From sequence record OK254198.1: a stretch of DNA of 64,000 nucleotides; one strand, 5' to 3'. Position numbers and translations under genes: made by a program. The notes beneath the pieces are model-generated. The model saw only the letters and a program-made list of their open reading frames with translations. It was not told where the DNA came from and searched no databases. This document shows positions 11,662 through 21,284 of the stretch, piece after piece; positions within the stretch are counted from its first letter, which is position 1; every line of letters starts with the position of its first letter. Origin of the DNA: Escherichia phage PSD2001.

Positions 11662-12792
11662 ATGGAAAAATTTATGGCAGAGTTTGGACAAGGATACGTC
11701 CAAACGCCAGTTATATCAGAAAATAATGCCGTTAAATTTAAAATGAGTATAGCAGGGAGCTGTACTCTTTCCACGGTGAAATCGTATATCAAATTTCAGG
11801 ATGAACGAATTGGACCAACTACTTTTGGTAATGGTCTGACTCTATTGGAAATTGATACAACTACGAATAAAATTGTTAACACGAAAAACTATTCATTAAC
11901 TAGCACACATGATGCAATCAGTCAGGCATTAATCACCTTTGTGGAATCTGTTCCAGCCGGAAGATTGATTGCTTTTATTTCTTCAGGGAAACTAAACGCA
12001 TCACAGCCATTAATTGATTGGTTCCGTAAATGCGGTTCAAGGGCATTCCCAGATAAATGGCTGATTGATAAAGTTGATACATCATACTCGGCTTTTTACA
12101 TAACCGGCCGGAACGTAATTGTTTCGGAGCATGTTAAGTATAATGACGGGAAGTTAGTTGAGGATGTTTCGACTCCGCTTGAAGTCATTTATGATACCTT
12201 TAGTGATATAGGAGCAACAGGCTATCCTGTGCGCATAACGGAAGACGAGAGCACGTATTCATCAACAGGTGATGGAACATCAACCGCAATTAGAAGGTTC
12301 CCCACAGAGGACCTGGTGACTCCTATGAGCACCTATAACCTTTTACCTTTGGATGTGCTTTACCTGAAGTTTCAGATGTCATTTGACGCCGCACTGAAAG
12401 CTGCCGGGACTGTAAGGACTTCGGTTCGATTCTTTAAAAGTCCTAGCACTTCTCCGATATCAAATACAAACATCGATATTGCGGCAAACGTTCCAGCTGG
12501 TGCATGGGCAAGTTTCGAAAGATATGTCGAGATTCCAGCGGGAGCCGATGGCTTTACAGTAGTAACATCAAGGACTGTAGCTGTGGGAACTGGGTCAATA
12601 CGTAATATTGTTATTGGCGAGATAACCAGAGGCGATTCGGCATTCAAACCAGCTGAATTTGGTGTCAACGGCATAAGGATGTCATATGCAAACGATGCAA
12701 CAAATACAGGCAATACAATTGTAACATTACCAGATGCACAAGCTCCGAGAGCCGGCAAGATATATGCAGCCGAACTACGGGAAAAACAATAG
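11662..12792 (+). CDS. 35: long tail fibre hinge protein gp35
   Basis: 376 aa; N-terminus MEKFMAEFGQGYVQTP identical in pattern to T4 gp35; terminator hairpin downstream. Confidence 0.93.
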   Translation: MEKFMAEFGQGYVQTPVISENNAVKFKMSIAGSCTLSTVKSYIKFQDERIGPTTFGNGLTLLEIDTTTNKIVNTKNYSLTSTHDAISQALITFVESVPAGRLIAFISSGKLNASQPLIDWFRKCGSRAFPDKWLIDKVDTSYSAFYITGRNVIVSEHVKYNDGKLVEDVSTPLEVIYDTFSDIGATGYPVRITEDESTYSSTGDGTSTAIRRFPTEDLVTPMSTYNLLPLDVLYLKFQMSFDAALKAAGTVRTSVRFFKSPSTSPISNTNIDIAANVPAGAWASFERYVEIPAGADGFTVVTSRTVAVGTGSIRNIVIGEITRGDSAFKPAEFGVNGIRMSYANDATNTGNTIVTLPDAQAPRAGKIYAAELREKQ

Positions 12793-12814
12793 GACTCTTC
12801 GGAGTCCTTTTTTC
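12791..12814 (+). terminator. rho-independent terminator after gene 35
   Basis: aggactcTTCGgagtcct + TTTTTT. Confidence 0.8.
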
Positions 12815-12816
12815 GT

Positions 12817-12824
12817 TATAAATA
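12817..12824 (+). promoter_or_regulatory. late promoter (TATAAATA) for gene 36
   Basis: Exact TATAAATA right after the gp35 terminator. Confidence 0.7.
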
Positions 12825-12859
12825 CAAAATATCATATGCCGGTTGAAGAGGACTTATAA

Positions 12860-13507
12860 ATGGCAGATTTAAAACTAGGCTCAACAGCCGGAGGTTCGGT
12901 CCTCTGGCACCAGGGTAATTTCCCATTAACACCAGTCAGTAATGACTTATATTTCAAAACTTATAAAATTTATTCCGAATATAACAAGCCACAAGCCGTC
13001 GATAACGATTTCGTTTCTAAAGCTCTTGGCGGTAATTATAAAGCAAATGTATATTTCGAACAAGGCCTGACATTTAACGATTCAAATGGTTACGGGATTA
13101 AGTTGGGAGCGAGAACGGGCGGTGTACCATTTACCGCATCTTTCCGTATTAAGGGGCCGTTTGGATTTGAGACTGAAACGGGAACACCATTCGTTATTTT
13201 TGACCCTGACACTACAACAAGAGCAAAACGTCTTACTGTTATGGGTGATACGTTAGCTCGACAAATTTATGATGAAACAGGTCGTGTATTTTCTCCAGGG
13301 AATACTCCGTCAAAAGCTCAAGTTGGTCTTGGTAATGTAACTAACCAGCAACAGGTGGAACTAAATAATAGTACATTGCAAACAATGACAGGTAACTTGT
13401 CAGCACCTAATTTCTTCTCTAGGAACCCTGCATCAGACCCGGCCCATGTGCCTCGTTTTGACCAAATCGTTCTTAAAGACTCCGTACAAGATTTTGGATA
13501 TTATTAA
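12860..13507 (+). CDS. 36: long tail fibre distal connector gp36
   Basis: 215 aa; position and size; TATAAATA late promoter upstream. Confidence 0.88.
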   Translation: MADLKLGSTAGGSVLWHQGNFPLTPVSNDLYFKTYKIYSEYNKPQAVDNDFVSKALGGNYKANVYFEQGLTFNDSNGYGIKLGARTGGVPFTASFRIKGPFGFETETGTPFVIFDPDTTTRAKRLTVMGDTLARQIYDETGRVFSPGNTPSKAQVGLGNVTNQQQVELNNSTLQTMTGNLSAPNFFSRNPASDPAHVPRFDQIVLKDSVQDFGYY

Positions 13508-13515
13508 GAGGCATT

Positions 13516-16500
13516 ATGGCTACTTTAAAACAAATACAATTTAAAAGAAGTAAGGTTGCCGGCGTTCGCCCGGCGCCAACAGTTCTTGCTGAAGGTGAAC
13601 TGGCTATCAACCTGAAAGACCGCTTACTTTTTACTAAAGATGACACCGGCGCCATCATCGACCTTGGCTTTGCCAAAGGTGGTAATATCGACGGAAACGT
13701 TATTCATAACGGTAACTACAATCAAACCGGTGATTATACCCTAAATGGTACCTTTACCCAAACAGGTGATTTTAATTTAACCGGTATTGCTCGTGTAACT
13801 CGTGATATTATTGCTGCAGGTCAGATAATGACTGAAGGCGGAGAACTTATTTCTAAGAGTGCTTCAACTTCTCATTTGAGATTCTTTGATGGTGCATCAC
13901 GTGAACGTGGTATTATCTTTTCTCCTAATAATGCAGGTTTGACAACTCAGGTAGTTAATATCCGCGTTCAAGATTATGCCGCTGATAGCGAAAGCATTTA
14001 TGCGTTTTCAGGCAACGGTGTATTTTCTTCACCTGAAGTATCGGCACGGAAATCTATTTCATCCCCACAAATTCTGACCGATAAAGTTATTACAGATGGG
14101 AAGAAGACGGGCGATTATGATATATCTTCATTAGCAAATAATAATTCTGACACGGATAAAAACTATTTGCGCATTGTACGTACCGACCCAGCGTCTGCAA
14201 TACTTCATGAAATTTGCGAAAATAACGGCATAAGTTGGTATTCAGGTTCGACTCCAACTGAGTATATGTTGTCATTTTCTTATTCCGGTGGGGTGCAGGC
14301 AGGACATTCTATTGCAGTAGGTATGGAATCAGGCCCGATGGTTGGTTCTGCCTTAGGTAAAGGTTCAATTGCCCTCGGTGATAATGATACCGGATTTAAA
14401 TGGCATCAAGATGGGTATTTTTTTAGCGTTAATAACGGCACAAAAACTTTCCTTTCTGGCCCGGCGGAAACCACCAGTCTTAGAAAAATGGTTATGGGTT
14501 ATTCTGTAAACGGTACCGATTTAACCACTCCTCCGGTGGAAAATTATGCTTTGGCTACTGTTGTCACTTATCATGATAATAACGCGTTTGGAGATGGTCA
14601 GACTCTTTTGGGTTATTATCAAGGTGGTAATTATCACCACTATTTCCGCGGTAAGGGTACTACAAACGTTAACACTGCTGGCGGTTTGTTAGTTACTCCT
14701 GGCAATATTGATGTTGTTGGTGGTTCTGTTAATATTGATGGCCGAAATAACAACTCAGTTTTGCTTTTTAAAGGTTATACCACTGGTCAGAGCTCTGTTG
14801 ATAATATGTCTATTGCCGTATGGGGTAACACCTTTAATACAGTAGATGGCATCCGTAAAAACGTGATGGAAATTTCTGATGCAACTAGTTGGATGCATTA
14901 TATTCAACGAACAACTGCAGGTAAAGTCGAATCTGTTATAAATGGCACCCAGATTGTTAATGAAAACTTGACAGTAGTAAAAAATGCTACATTTGACGGT
15001 ACAATCAGCGCAGCCGGTGAAATCGCGACAAATGCTGTAAATGGTCTTCGTATTTGGAACAATGATTACGGTGCCATTTTTAGACGTTCAGAAGGAAGTC
15101 TTCATATTATTCCTACAGCATTTGGCGAAGGACAGAATGGTGATATCGGCCCACTTCGTCCATTTAGTATATCTTTAGATACAGGTAAGGTTGTTATTCC
15201 TGACTTGGATTTGAGTTATGCTTCTTTTGCAGCAAACGGCTATATTAAATTCGGTGGGCATGGCGCTGGTGCAGGCGGTTACGATATTCAATATGCACAA
15301 GCAGCTCCTGTTTTCCAAGAAATTGATGATGACGCGGTAAGTAAATATTATCCTATTGTTAAGCAGAAATTCTTACAAGGAAAAGCTGTTTGGTCTTTAG
15401 GTACTGAAATTAATTCCGGGACTTTTGTTTTGCATCATTACAAAGAAGACGGGACCCAAGGTCATACATCAAGATTTAATGCCGATGGTACAGTTAACTT
15501 CCCGGATAACGTCCAAGTTGGTGGTGGTGAAGCTACTATTGCTAAAAATGGCAATATTTTCTCTGATATTTGGAAAACATTTACTTCAGCTGGCGATGTA
15601 ACTAATATTCGAGACGCTATTGCCACCCGTGTTGCTAAAGAAGGCGATACAATGACCGGCAAATTAATCGTTAAAAGAGACTCCGACGCTATTAATATTG
15701 CTGCTGGTGATGAAACTGATTCTGGCTATTTACTTGGAACAGCAGGTGGAGTAAATTCTTGGTACGTTGGTAAAGGTGGAGCAGATGACAGTGTTTCATT
15801 TTATAATTTCAAAACTACCGCAGGAATTACTCTTAATAGTGTAGGTGATATTGATTTTAATGTTAAAAATCAAGCTACTGCAGCTTCATTAAATTTTTAT
15901 CGCTTATATTTAAATGGAAGACAGTGGGTTGCTACACAAGGTCACGGTTATGGAAACCAATGGCAAACAGAAGCTCCTTATTTCGTCGACTTCGGTGAAT
16001 CTGTTCCTAAAGATAGTTATATGCCAATTATCAAAGGAAAAAGCACTCTAATTACCGATGGATATTCTACTAAAGCAGACTTCGGTATTATTCGATTGGG
16101 TGGAGCTGCTACTTGGGGTTCTGCTGTTATTCGTGTGGGTTCTGCTGAAAGTGGCGATGCAAGTCACCCTAATGCTATATTCGTTTTTGGGGCCGACGGC
16201 ACCTTAACCGCTCCCAATGCTTTGAATGCCTCAGGTCGAATGGGCATTGGTACAGCATGTACATTACCAAATGCTTCTCTTGCCATAGGTGATAACGATA
16301 CAGGCTTTGCCACTAGAGGCGACGGAAGCCTAGGAGCCTATGCCAACGGTCAGAGTGTGTTCTTCTGGGAATTTAACGGTATTACGACCGAGCAAAATAA
16401 GTTTTTAAACGTTAATGCCGGTATGTATGTTCGTGATAATATTGACGTTAATGACGTTTATATTCGTTCTGATATCCGTTGTAAGTCAGAAATTAAGCTT

Positions 16501-16785
16501 ATTGATAACGCCCAAGAGAAATCCAAACTCTTAGGTGGTTACACTTATTTGCTTAAAAACTCCGTTACTGATGAAGTTAAACCCTCTGCTGGTTTGATTG
16601 CACAGGAAGTTCAAGAAGTATTGCCTGAACTTGTGACTGAAGATAAAGAGACTGGCTTACTTCGTTTGAATTATAACGGTATTATCGGTTTAAATACTGC
16701 TACTATCAACGAGCATACTGACGAAATCAAGGAATTGAAATCTGAAATTGCTGAATTGAAAGCATTAATTAAATCATTATTATAA
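13516..16785 (+). CDS. 37: long tail fibre distal subunit gp37, with C-terminal intramolecular-chaperone-like domain
   Basis: 1089 aa; Gly-rich repeats; C-terminal ~110 aa ([10 protein letters not shown]...[14 protein letters not shown]...[13 protein letters not shown]) resemble the autoproteolytic chaperone domains of phage fibres. Confidence 0.9.
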   Translation: MATLKQIQFKRSKVAGVRPAPTVLAEGELAINLKDRLLFTKDDTGAIIDLGFAKGGNIDGNVIHNGNYNQTGDYTLNGTFTQTGDFNLTGIARVTRDIIAAGQIMTEGGELISKSASTSHLRFFDGASRERGIIFSPNNAGLTTQVVNIRVQDYAADSESIYAFSGNGVFSSPEVSARKSISSPQILTDKVITDGKKTGDYDISSLANNNSDTDKNYLRIVRTDPASAILHEICENNGISWYSGSTPTEYMLSFSYSGGVQAGHSIAVGMESGPMVGSALGKGSIALGDNDTGFKWHQDGYFFSVNNGTKTFLSGPAETTSLRKMVMGYSVNGTDLTTPPVENYALATVVTYHDNNAFGDGQTLLGYYQGGNYHHYFRGKGTTNVNTAGGLLVTPGNIDVVGGSVNIDGRNNNSVLLFKGYTTGQSSVDNMSIAVWGNTFNTVDGIRKNVMEISDATSWMHYIQRTTAGKVESVINGTQIVNENLTVVKNATFDGTISAAGEIATNAVNGLRIWNNDYGAIFRRSEGSLHIIPTAFGEGQNGDIGPLRPFSISLDTGKVVIPDLDLSYASFAANGYIKFGGHGAGAGGYDIQYAQAAPVFQEIDDDAVSKYYPIVKQKFLQGKAVWSLGTEINSGTFVLHHYKEDGTQGHTSRFNADGTVNFPDNVQVGGGEATIAKNGNIFSDIWKTFTSAGDVTNIRDAIATRVAKEGDTMTGKLIVKRDSDAINIAAGDETDSGYLLGTAGGVNSWYVGKGGADDSVSFYNFKTTAGITLNSVGDIDFNVKNQATAASLNFYRLYLNGRQWVATQGHGYGNQWQTEAPYFVDFGESVPKDSYMPIIKGKSTLITDGYSTKADFGIIRLGGAATWGSAVIRVGSAESGDASHPNAIFVFGADGTLTAPNALNASGRMGIGTACTLPNASLAIGDNDTGFATRGDGSLGAYANGQSVFFWEFNGITTEQNKFLNVNAGMYVRDNIDVNDVYIRSDIRCKSEIKLIDNAQEKSKLLGGYTYLLKNSVTDEVKPSAGLIAQEVQEVLPELVTEDKETGLLRLNYNGIIGLNTATINEHTDEIKELKSEIAELKALIKSLL

Positions 16786-16789
16786 GAAA

Positions 16790-16803
16790 GGGCCTTCGGG
16801 CCC
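16790..16803 (+). terminator. stem-loop after gene 37 (no clear T-run; may be attenuating or structural)
   Basis: gggccTTCGggccc immediately before the gp38 RBS. Confidence 0.4.
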
Positions 16804-16814
16804 TGGAGGTTTTT

Positions 16815-17600
16815 ATGGCAGTAGTAGGAATACCTGGTTGGATTGGAACATCAGCAGTGGCCGAAACAGGTCAACGTTGGATGTCTGCAGCTTCTAGAGA
16901 ATTGCGTCTAGGGAACCCATCTTGGATGTCGCAATTTGCTGGTCGGTCAAGAGAAATTATTCACACAGTAAGTGAAAACCATAACTTTAACGGTCAATGG
17001 TTCCGCGACCGTTGCTTTGAAGCTGGCGCTGCCCCTATTGTGTTTAATATCGTCGGGAATATTGTATCTTATACTCGTGATGTTCCGTTGTTCTTTATGT
17101 ATGGCGATACACCTAATGAATACGTTACTTTGAATATCCACGGCGGTGTTCATATGTGGGGACGTGGTGGGAATGGCTGGGCAGCAGGGGCGATAAATGC
17201 CTCAAACGGCGGGGATGTTATACAAAATGATATTGGGGGTCGATTACGTATATGGAACTATGGTGTCATTGCTTCAGGTGGCGGCGGTGGCGGTGGATAT
17301 TCAATGGCCAACAACTGGGCTGGTAAGTATGTGGCCGGTGGTGGTGGTGGTCGTCCATATGGTTTAGGCGGTACTAATGGTGCCGCTTGGCCCGGTGGTA
17401 ATGCTTCTTATGAAAGTCCAGGAGCTGGTGGTAATACAGGGCAATATTGGGCCGGTGCAGGTGGCGATGCTGGTGCCCCTGGTCAGGCTGCAAATCCTGG
17501 TCATGGTTATTCTACCCCTCCTATGGCCGCCGGACGCGCGGTGTTCGGAAGTTCTCCTGCTTGGGGGGCAACGGGCACTATCTATGGCTCATGGTTATAG
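16815..17600 (+). CDS. 38: tail fibre adhesin gp38 (T2/T6-type, glycine-rich motifs)
   Basis: 261 aa; poly-Gly motifs ([21 protein letters not shown]) separated by variable segments; GGAGG RBS; directly after gp37. Confidence 0.88.
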   Translation: MAVVGIPGWIGTSAVAETGQRWMSAASRELRLGNPSWMSQFAGRSREIIHTVSENHNFNGQWFRDRCFEAGAAPIVFNIVGNIVSYTRDVPLFFMYGDTPNEYVTLNIHGGVHMWGRGGNGWAAGAINASNGGDVIQNDIGGRLRIWNYGVIASGGGGGGGYSMANNWAGKYVAGGGGGRPYGLGGTNGAAWPGGNASYESPGAGGNTGQYWAGAGGDAGAPGQAANPGHGYSTPPMAAGRAVFGSSPAWGATGTIYGSWL

Positions 17601-17611
17601 TACATAAGCGC

Positions 17612-17619
17612 TATAAATA
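17612..17619 (+). promoter_or_regulatory. late promoter (TATAAATA) for holin t
   Basis: Exact TATAAATA 18 nt upstream of the t RBS. Confidence 0.7.
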
Positions 17620-17637
17620 TCTTTAAAGGAGAAAAGT

Positions 17638-18291
17638 ATGGAACCAAAAGTAGGAATATCAATACCCGACCTACTTTTTGGACTTCTTGATAGAATTTTT
17701 AAAGATAATGCGACCGGGAAAGTTGTTTTTTCCAGGGTACTAGTTATTGTTCTATTATTTTTAATGGCGGTAATCTGGTATAAAGGTGATGCACTTTTAG
17801 ATGCGTACAGGGATGCTTCATATGCCTCATACACTGAAATGATAAGGCAAGACCAGGATAACAGATTTAAAATTGCAGCTATCGAGCAAATCCAGATAGT
17901 CCACTCGTCAAGTGGGGCAGACTTTACAGCAATATATTCTTTTAGACCAACTAACCTTAACTACTTTGTGGATATGGTGGGATACGAGGGGATATTGCCT
18001 GATACAGTCGACGAAAAAAATTTAGGTGGGTTTCCAATAGATAAAACTTCGGCGGAATATTTGGCGGGGGTTAATGGTAATTATTTTGAATCCAGTACGG
18101 AATCTGTATTCTTACCAACAAAGAAAAAAAGCAGCTTCACATATATGTTCAGCTGCCCATTCTTTAATTTGGAAAACGTTTATGCAGGTACAGTCTCACT
18201 GTACTGGTATAAGCAAAAACCTAACCTTGGTTTTGATAGGCTTTCTGCTATGTGTGGACAAGCAGGTCGTACGCTCGGGCGTACACGTTAG
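17638..18291 (+). CDS. t: holin T
   Basis: 217 aa; ...LLFGLLDRIFKDNATGKV...single TM...; matches T4 holin; late promoter TATAAATA upstream. Confidence 0.93.
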   Translation: MEPKVGISIPDLLFGLLDRIFKDNATGKVVFSRVLVIVLLFLMAVIWYKGDALLDAYRDASYASYTEMIRQDQDNRFKIAAIEQIQIVHSSSGADFTAIYSFRPTNLNYFVDMVGYEGILPDTVDEKNLGGFPIDKTSAEYLAGVNGNYFESSTESVFLPTKKKSSFTYMFSCPFFNLENVYAGTVSLYWYKQKPNLGFDRLSAMCGQAGRTLGRTR

Positions 18292-18563
18292 AATCCGGAG
18301 GTATACATCATAAGATAACGGTGTATATCTTCGAATCCTTCGTTAAATTGTTCAATGATTTGTTCAATTTCATCTTCAGATAAACTTTTAAACAATTTGT
18401 TAAACGATACATTGTTTAACTCATTCCCATTCTCATTTCTCAATCCCAACTCATTCAAAAACGCGATAAACACATCACGCTTCATCGTAATATCTTCCCG
18501 GTCGGTTTTAATCAAAATTGAAGTTACAGTAACAATTTCAGAAACGATTTCAAATTTAGTCAT
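18288..18563 (-). CDS. asiA: anti-sigma70 factor AsiA
   Basis: 91 aa; ...VTVTSILIK...FIAFLNE...EQFNEGFEDIHRYL matches T4 AsiA. Confidence 0.9.
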   Translation of the reverse strand: MTKFEIVSEIVTVTSILIKTDREDITMKRDVFIAFLNELGLRNENGNELNNVSFNKLFKSLSEDEIEQIIEQFNEGFEDIHRYLMMYTSGF

Positions 18564-18621
18564 TTTAATTTACTCAAGTATTCAATAAGACATTCAATTA
18601 TTCAGTAAGGATATTGTACTA

Positions 18622-18786
18622 TTATTCCTCTGGGTTGTACACATGATTTTCCATCTGTACAACATATTCCTGATACATCTGTTCAACCGGTTCCTGGAAC
18701 TTAAAATCAGTCCCAAGGAATTCATCAAAGCAAGTCTGTTCGCGTGTGCGTTGCCCAGTGATGGTGTTCTCTAAGTTATGACTCAT
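18622..18786 (-). CDS. hypothetical small protein (54 aa); not in ORF track
   Basis: Hand-translated; GAGGAG RBS; fills the asiA-arn gap; coordinates approximate. Confidence 0.4.
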   Translation of the reverse strand: MSHNLENTITGQRTREQTCFDEFLGTDFKFQEPVEQMYQEYVVQMENHVYNPEE

Positions 18787-18796
18787 AGTTTACTCC

Positions 18797-19078
18797 TCAA
18801 TCAATATAATCTTCTAAACCAAAATCATCAATTTCTTCTTGAATTTCTCTTAATACTTGTTCTTCATCTAGACCAGGACCAAAAATCACTTTAGCGTAGC
18901 CAGGTCGTTCACTAGAGAATCGAATTGTATATTCCGGTTGAATATAGCCAAAGCTGCTATCCAAATCACAAAGAATTTCTGCATAGATTTCGGCTGGAAC
19001 TGAAGCATGGATTTTAAAAAGCTCATCAATAAGAATAACCAATTCAGTTGCTTGATATGTATGGAGTTTAGTAATCAT
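18797..19078 (-). CDS. acidic protein in the T4 arn position (candidate Arn-like anti-restriction DNA mimic)
   Basis: 93 aa, strongly acidic C-terminus (EEQVLREIQEEIDDFGLEDYID); position between asiA and motA. Confidence 0.45.
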   Translation of the reverse strand: MITKLHTYQATELVILIDELFKIHASVPAEIYAEILCDLDSSFGYIQPEYTIRFSSERPGYAKVIFGPGLDEEQVLREIQEEIDDFGLEDYID

Positions 19079-19187
19079 AGCCTTTACCCTTGTGCTTCTG
19101 CTTGCGTTTGGACTGCATTTCAGTTTTCTTCTTATCCTTATGGACAGACGCCTTATTGAAATCGTGTTTAGCTACCAGGTTGTTCAT
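19068..19187 (-). CDS. hypothetical very basic small protein (39 aa); not in ORF track
   Basis: Hand-translated MNNLVAKHDFNKASVHKDKKKTEMQSKRKQKHKGKGYDY; overlaps the arn-like start by 11 nt; coordinates approximate. Confidence 0.3.
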   Translation of the reverse strand: MNNLVAKHDFNKASVHKDKKKTEMQSKRKQKHKGKGYDY

Positions 19188-19446
19188 GTAATTTCCTTAA
19201 TTGGTATTCAAGAGAGCTAATAATTTCTTTATTAGTCGCAATATACATATCACGCAGGAAGGGCTTCAGGCCTTCCCTAACTCTATATGTGTTATCACTA
19301 ATATCCTTTATATATTCATGGTCTAAAGCATCCCAACCTGGCTGGTTAACATAAGTTCCCCAGTTGTCTTCCATCATAGTATTCAGATGTTTGATATGAT
19401 TAATATGGTTTTCAATCGCATCAATTTGGAGTTGTTTAAGGTTCAT
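19168..19446 (-). CDS. hypothetical protein (92 aa)
   Basis: ORF track; tightly packed with neighbours. Confidence 0.5.
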   Translation of the reverse strand: MNLKQLQIDAIENHINHIKHLNTMMEDNWGTYVNQPGWDALDHEYIKDISDNTYRVREGLKPFLRDMYIATNKEIISSLEYQLRKLHEQPGS

Positions 19447-19907
19447 TAGTAAAGGTCCTCTGAATAAAGTTCTTTCTCACTACCGCCACGTTCAATACGC
19501 ACCTGATTTGCATAAGTCGCAATAATCATTGCTTCTTCGCGGGTCCAGTAATTGCTGTATTGGTCAATAAACCCTTGGTTATCACCGCAAACATGGTCTG
19601 ACACAAGTTTATCACTTACCTGGTCAAGCACTTCTGCCATATCTTTTGAATAATGTCTGGCACCAGGAATAACCAGAGTCCCACCATCTTTTAACTTAAA
19701 GCGGTTGGCTGCGCACACAATCCTGCGCTGATATTTTTCATTGTTGTTCCAATGAGCAATCTGCCAACAGATTTCAGGAACTTCCTTTAGAATATCTTCT
19801 TCTGTGCATTTATAACCATGTGCTTTAAATTTTTCAGCAAGACTTTCTGGAGTCTCACGAGATAAAGGAACATTCAGCATTTTTAAACGATTAATAAATG
19901 GGTTCAT
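19446..19907 (-). CDS. hypothetical protein (153 aa)
   Basis: ORF track; 1-nt overlap with neighbours. Confidence 0.55.
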   Translation of the reverse strand: MNPFINRLKMLNVPLSRETPESLAEKFKAHGYKCTEEDILKEVPEICWQIAHWNNNEKYQRRIVCAANRFKLKDGGTLVIPGARHYSKDMAEVLDQVSDKLVSDHVCGDNQGFIDQYSNYWTREEAMIIATYANQVRIERGGSEKELYSEDLY

Positions 19908-20236
19908 TTAAACCATCCTTTAACACGTTGCCACAGACTTTTCTGTTGAGCTTTATTAACACCAATTGAGCGAATAACTGGTTGTGATTCCAGGTATTCT
20001 TTATAGTCAGCTTTATAGACTTCATATGCTGCTGGAACAAAGGCACCAATCGCCGCCATGAAGTTCTTGCGAGCACCAAATGGAGCTACTGCATCATCCT
20101 GGCGATGGATAAGATACTGACCAGCTTTGACCTTGACAATAGTCCCAAGGTAAGCGCCATGATACCAAACATCCCAACCCTCTTGAGTAGGTTCTACGCA
20201 AGCACGCAATTCATTAACAATATTCAGCTTATTCAT
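19904..20236 (-). CDS. hypothetical protein (110 aa), motA.1-like position
   Basis: ORF track. Confidence 0.5.
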   Translation of the reverse strand: MNKLNIVNELRACVEPTQEGWDVWYHGAYLGTIVKVKAGQYLIHRQDDAVAPFGARKNFMAAIGAFVPAAYEVYKADYKEYLESQPVIRSIGVNKAQQKSLWQRVKGWFK

Positions 20237-20243
20237 AATTTCC

Positions 20244-20852
20244 TCACTTTAAGATGTTAATAACATGTTGAATGTTTTCAGTTGACATATGATTGTCAAT
20301 GTAGGTATTCAATCCACCTACTTTAACGCTAAATCCCACGTCTGTAAACTGTTTTACTATCTTTTGTTCAGTATTATACGCATGCACGCGAATCTGACCA
20401 TCACGACGTACATCAATCTGTTTTAATGTCTTGACACGCTTGAACTTCACAATCAGATTGCTGCGGTCTTCTGAAATGCTCTTAAAGTCAATACCAATAG
20501 ACAACAATTGCTCTTTGATATATTCTGCAGTCGCTTCCATTTCATCAGTCACACCGCGTTTTGTTCTTGTCTTCTTCACTTCCAGAAGGTCAGGATTATT
20601 TTCATTCGCCCAAAGTTCAGCTGCATCCAGAATAAGGTCAACGCCTTTTTCTGTAACCATCAAACCATCACCAGAAGCTTCAACATAGTTGTTATTCAAC
20701 AATGTCTGCACACTATCAATTGATGTGTTCTGCTGGTCTAAAACAACCTCTGGACTCACGAAGTTGTTTTTGTATACAAACACCAGAGCATTGACATCAG
20801 TCTCATGCAGCGCGTTCTGGGAGCATTTAACGATATAATTTAACTTGTTCAC
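20244..20852 (-). CDS. motA: middle-transcription activator MotA
   Basis: 202 aa; SGDGL motif and overall resemblance to T4 MotA. Confidence 0.85.
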   Translation of the reverse strand: MNKLNYIVKCSQNALHETDVNALVFVYKNNFVSPEVVLDQQNTSIDSVQTLLNNNYVEASGDGLMVTEKGVDLILDAAELWANENNPDLLEVKKTRTKRGVTDEMEATAEYIKEQLLSIGIDFKSISEDRSNLIVKFKRVKTLKQIDVRRDGQIRVHAYNTEQKIVKQFTDVGFSVKVGGLNTYIDNHMSTENIQHVINILK

Positions 20853-20854
20853 AA

Positions 20855-21082
20855 TTATCCCTTAATAGATTTCATGTAATTTGATGCATATGATTGTACC
20901 ACAGTACGTTTCATATGGGAAGTAGAAACAATCACATCAATTGCTTGTTTACGTTCTTCTTTAGAGTTTGCCAGTTTGAACATGTCAAAGTAGTAGTAGC
21001 AAGCTTCTTTGTTAGATTTGAATTTGATGTTGATGTATTCTTGACCTTCATTCTGTTGTGCAGTAAACATTTTATTCTCCAA
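20855..21082 (-). CDS. hypothetical protein (75 aa)
   Basis: ORF track; early promoter cassette immediately upstream. Confidence 0.5.
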   Translation of the reverse strand: MENKMFTAQQNEGQEYINIKFKSNKEACYYYFDMFKLANSKEERKQAIDVIVSTSHMKRTVVQSYASNYMKSIKG

Positions 21083-21098
21083 AGTTTTTGTGATTCAG

Positions 21099-21151
21099 TG
21101 TGTAACTCAGTATGGAATCATTATGTCCTAAGACAAGGGGGTTGTACACTA
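21099..21151. repeat. 53-bp exact direct repeat, copy 1 (partner at ~47422-47474)
   Basis: tgtgtaactcagtatggaatcattatgtcctaagacaagggggttgtacacta read identically at both places. Confidence 0.85.
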
Positions 21152-21160
21152 CTTTTTTTA
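21119..21160 (-). promoter_or_regulatory. early promoter cassette (copy inside the 53-bp exact repeat)
   Basis: cattat...gttgtacactactttttttaaaa; upstream of 20855..21082. Confidence 0.65.
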
Positions 21161-21170
21161 AAATAAAAAA

Positions 21171-21186
21171 GGACCCCGAAGGGTCC
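21171..21186 (-). terminator. rho-independent terminator after the gene 52 unit
   Basis: ggaccccGAAgggtcc with a T-run on the minus strand. Confidence 0.7.
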
Positions 21187-21284
21187 TAGTCTTTATCTAT
21201 CTTATTACCAATAAACATACCAACAATCACACCTGCGATTGCCGCAAAAATACAAAGCAATGCAAACTCAACTCCAAAACTCAT
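21186..21284 (-). CDS. small hydrophobic peptide (32 aa), translationally coupled to the gene 52 stop; not in ORF track
   Basis: ATGA overlap with gene 52 stop; MSFGVEFALLCIFAAIAGVIVGMFIGNKIDKD; ends inside the terminator hairpin. Confidence 0.4.
   Translation of the reverse strand: MSFGVEFALLCIFAAIAGVIVGMFIGNKIDKD

Noticed and set aside
18633-18644. gttgtacac motif resembling the -35 of the early promoter cassette
   Set aside because: It lies inside the hand-called 54-aa ORF and lacks a correctly spaced -10, so it was not called as a promoter.
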